From Auanema rhodensis (Eukaryota > Animalia > Nematoda), in contig OZ059895.1 of the NCBI GenBank assembly GCA_964057225.1, positions 4,836,001 through 4,900,000 on the forward strand: a stretch of DNA of 64,000 nucleotides, in the 5' to 3' direction. Below are positions 62,699 through 64,000 of the stretch, one piece after another. Within the stretch, counting starts at the first letter, position 1. Every line of letters starts with the position of its first letter. Position numbers and translations under genes: made by a program. The notes beneath the pieces are model-generated. The model saw only the letters and a program-made list of their open reading frames with translations. It ran no database searches and was not told where the DNA came from.

Positions 62699-64000
62699 TT
62701 TGGTAGCGCTCTTGGTTTGGAAAAACCTTGAGTGTTTAGTAACGTGGGGGATTTTGAGACGTTAATGAGTGTTATGGATAAGGAGTTTTGGAAAAGGGGT
62801 GAGAAAGCTGTGAGTAACTGGTTTGTATAGTCGGCGTTAAGGAATGAATCTAAGTTGTGGCCTTTAACAGAGATCCGCCTACTACCGTATGAAAATTTGG
62901 ACTTTGTTCGCTCTCCAATTTAATATTCTTAAATGTATATAATTCAACCAGTTTGTATATGTTCAAAAATGTTCAGTGCTCACTTGATTGATGCCTGAGC
63001 AATCTCATTAGTCCTTATTCCCATTTTTTTTTTCTTTTTCTGACAATTCTGATCTTCTTGGACTCACGAGTGATCGAAAATGCCACGAAAATGGACTTTG
63101 GTAAATGTTCAAAGGATTTTAGCGGTTTTCATAATGTACATCCGTAATAGCATTACTCTTTTAAGGAAGCAATTTGGAAAACGAATGAGTACCGTAGTCC
63201 CATCATGATCAGAAATCTAGTTTTAAAATTATGGTTAGGAATAGATGACTAAAGATTACAATAACTATATTTAAAGAATTATGGTGTTTAGGAATGAGTC
63301 TTATGCTTCAAAACAACAATAACGGTATGAGGAAGGTGACATATAGTAAGGGGAGAAAATCCAAACTGATATGCTTAAGCCAACACGACCTGATAGACAA
63401 TCACTAATAATAATTCAGTTCGTAAAATTGTACAGGATTTTTCGGACTATAGCGATCTTAAAATTCACTTTTCATAATATTCCTCCCATTTAGGTAAGGT
63501 TTCCCGTGTAAATTCAATGCGTTATCAAAATATTTTTGGATGTTAATGGCAAAAAGTTGTCTGAACAGAAATGTAACGCAAAATAAAATAGTCCTGATCG
63601 CAAAATATGAAATAATCTCAATTTGGTGCGCAAAATTGTTTCATCCACAAAAATAAAGAAATAACCGTGGCTATTCTTTCCTCGAAGCCAAAATCAATCC
63701 TTAAAAGGAGAAAGTGTGGGCATAAATCTCAATAAAAATTATCCTTGGGTGAATTTGTTCACTAATTCATCCTAGGGTCCTCAAAAATGCTTCGAGTTCG
63801 GGTAACAGAGTATTCGATGTTAACAGCAAGGTTATAAAAATTGTTGGGTTCAGACAGACAGAAAATTGTGAACAAACGGGAAAATATAACTTCAGTTTCA
63901 AAAAATATAAAATATCCATCTCCAAAAGGAGTGGTCCTTGCATCTGTTCCCTTTTAAACGTTGTTGGCCCCACCGTATTGTGTTAAGACATGGAGTAGAT

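Larger units (their letters stand above)
52977..64000 (-). mobile_element. Env-bearing Ty3/gypsy (Metaviridae) LTR retrotransposon / endogenous retrovirus-like element; 5' LTR not in window
   Basis: Starts with TGT at the DIRS breakpoint. Polyprotein has PR-RT-RH-IN order. No second LTR copy appears before 64000, so assigning 62.8-64 kb to the element is inferred. Confidence 0.88.

Noticed and set aside
54044-62765. Antisense and nested ORFs within the polyprotein (e.g. 61938-62492, 56436-56888)
   Set aside because: Mostly non-ATG starts in the antisense shadow frame; no independent evidence.
63767-63973. 68-aa ORF at the window end
   Set aside because: Short, non-ATG start, no recognisable domain; cannot be judged without the next window.

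Overview
Eukaryotic, repeat-rich window. It is probably heterochromatic, and the TE types point to a nematode or another invertebrate (inference). About 44 kb is a head-to-tail array of a 350-351 bp, ~31% GC satellite: about 38 monomers at 1-13456 and about 88 at 17871-49531, with local 3-, 4- and 6-mer higher-order repeats and a monomer made of stacked dyad symmetries. Four kinds of insertion interrupt or follow the array. (i) A full-length DIRS-type tyrosine-recombinase retrotransposon at 13457-17870 (minus strand; gag, RT-RNaseH-methyltransferase, YR, ITRs, 3' extension, ICR). (ii) A 382 bp solo LTR present twice (19670-20051, 21461-21842) after duplication of a 1791 bp unit. (iii) A second, near-identical DIRS copy at 49532-52976, at exactly the same nucleotide of the monomer, with a deletion in YR. 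(iv) A Ty3/gypsy (Metaviridae) element nested in that copy's gag (52977 to the window end). The gypsy element has one uninterrupted ~2,900-codon ORF in the order Gag - Env - PR - RT - RNaseH - IN. Its Env resembles a class III (herpes gB-like) fusogen and carries a ~434-aa insert between two basic sites. The two strongest leads are this intact enveloped gag-env-pol element and possible satellite-specific DIRS integration. No host genes, RNA genes or CRISPR arrays are supported. All alignments and counts were done by eye.
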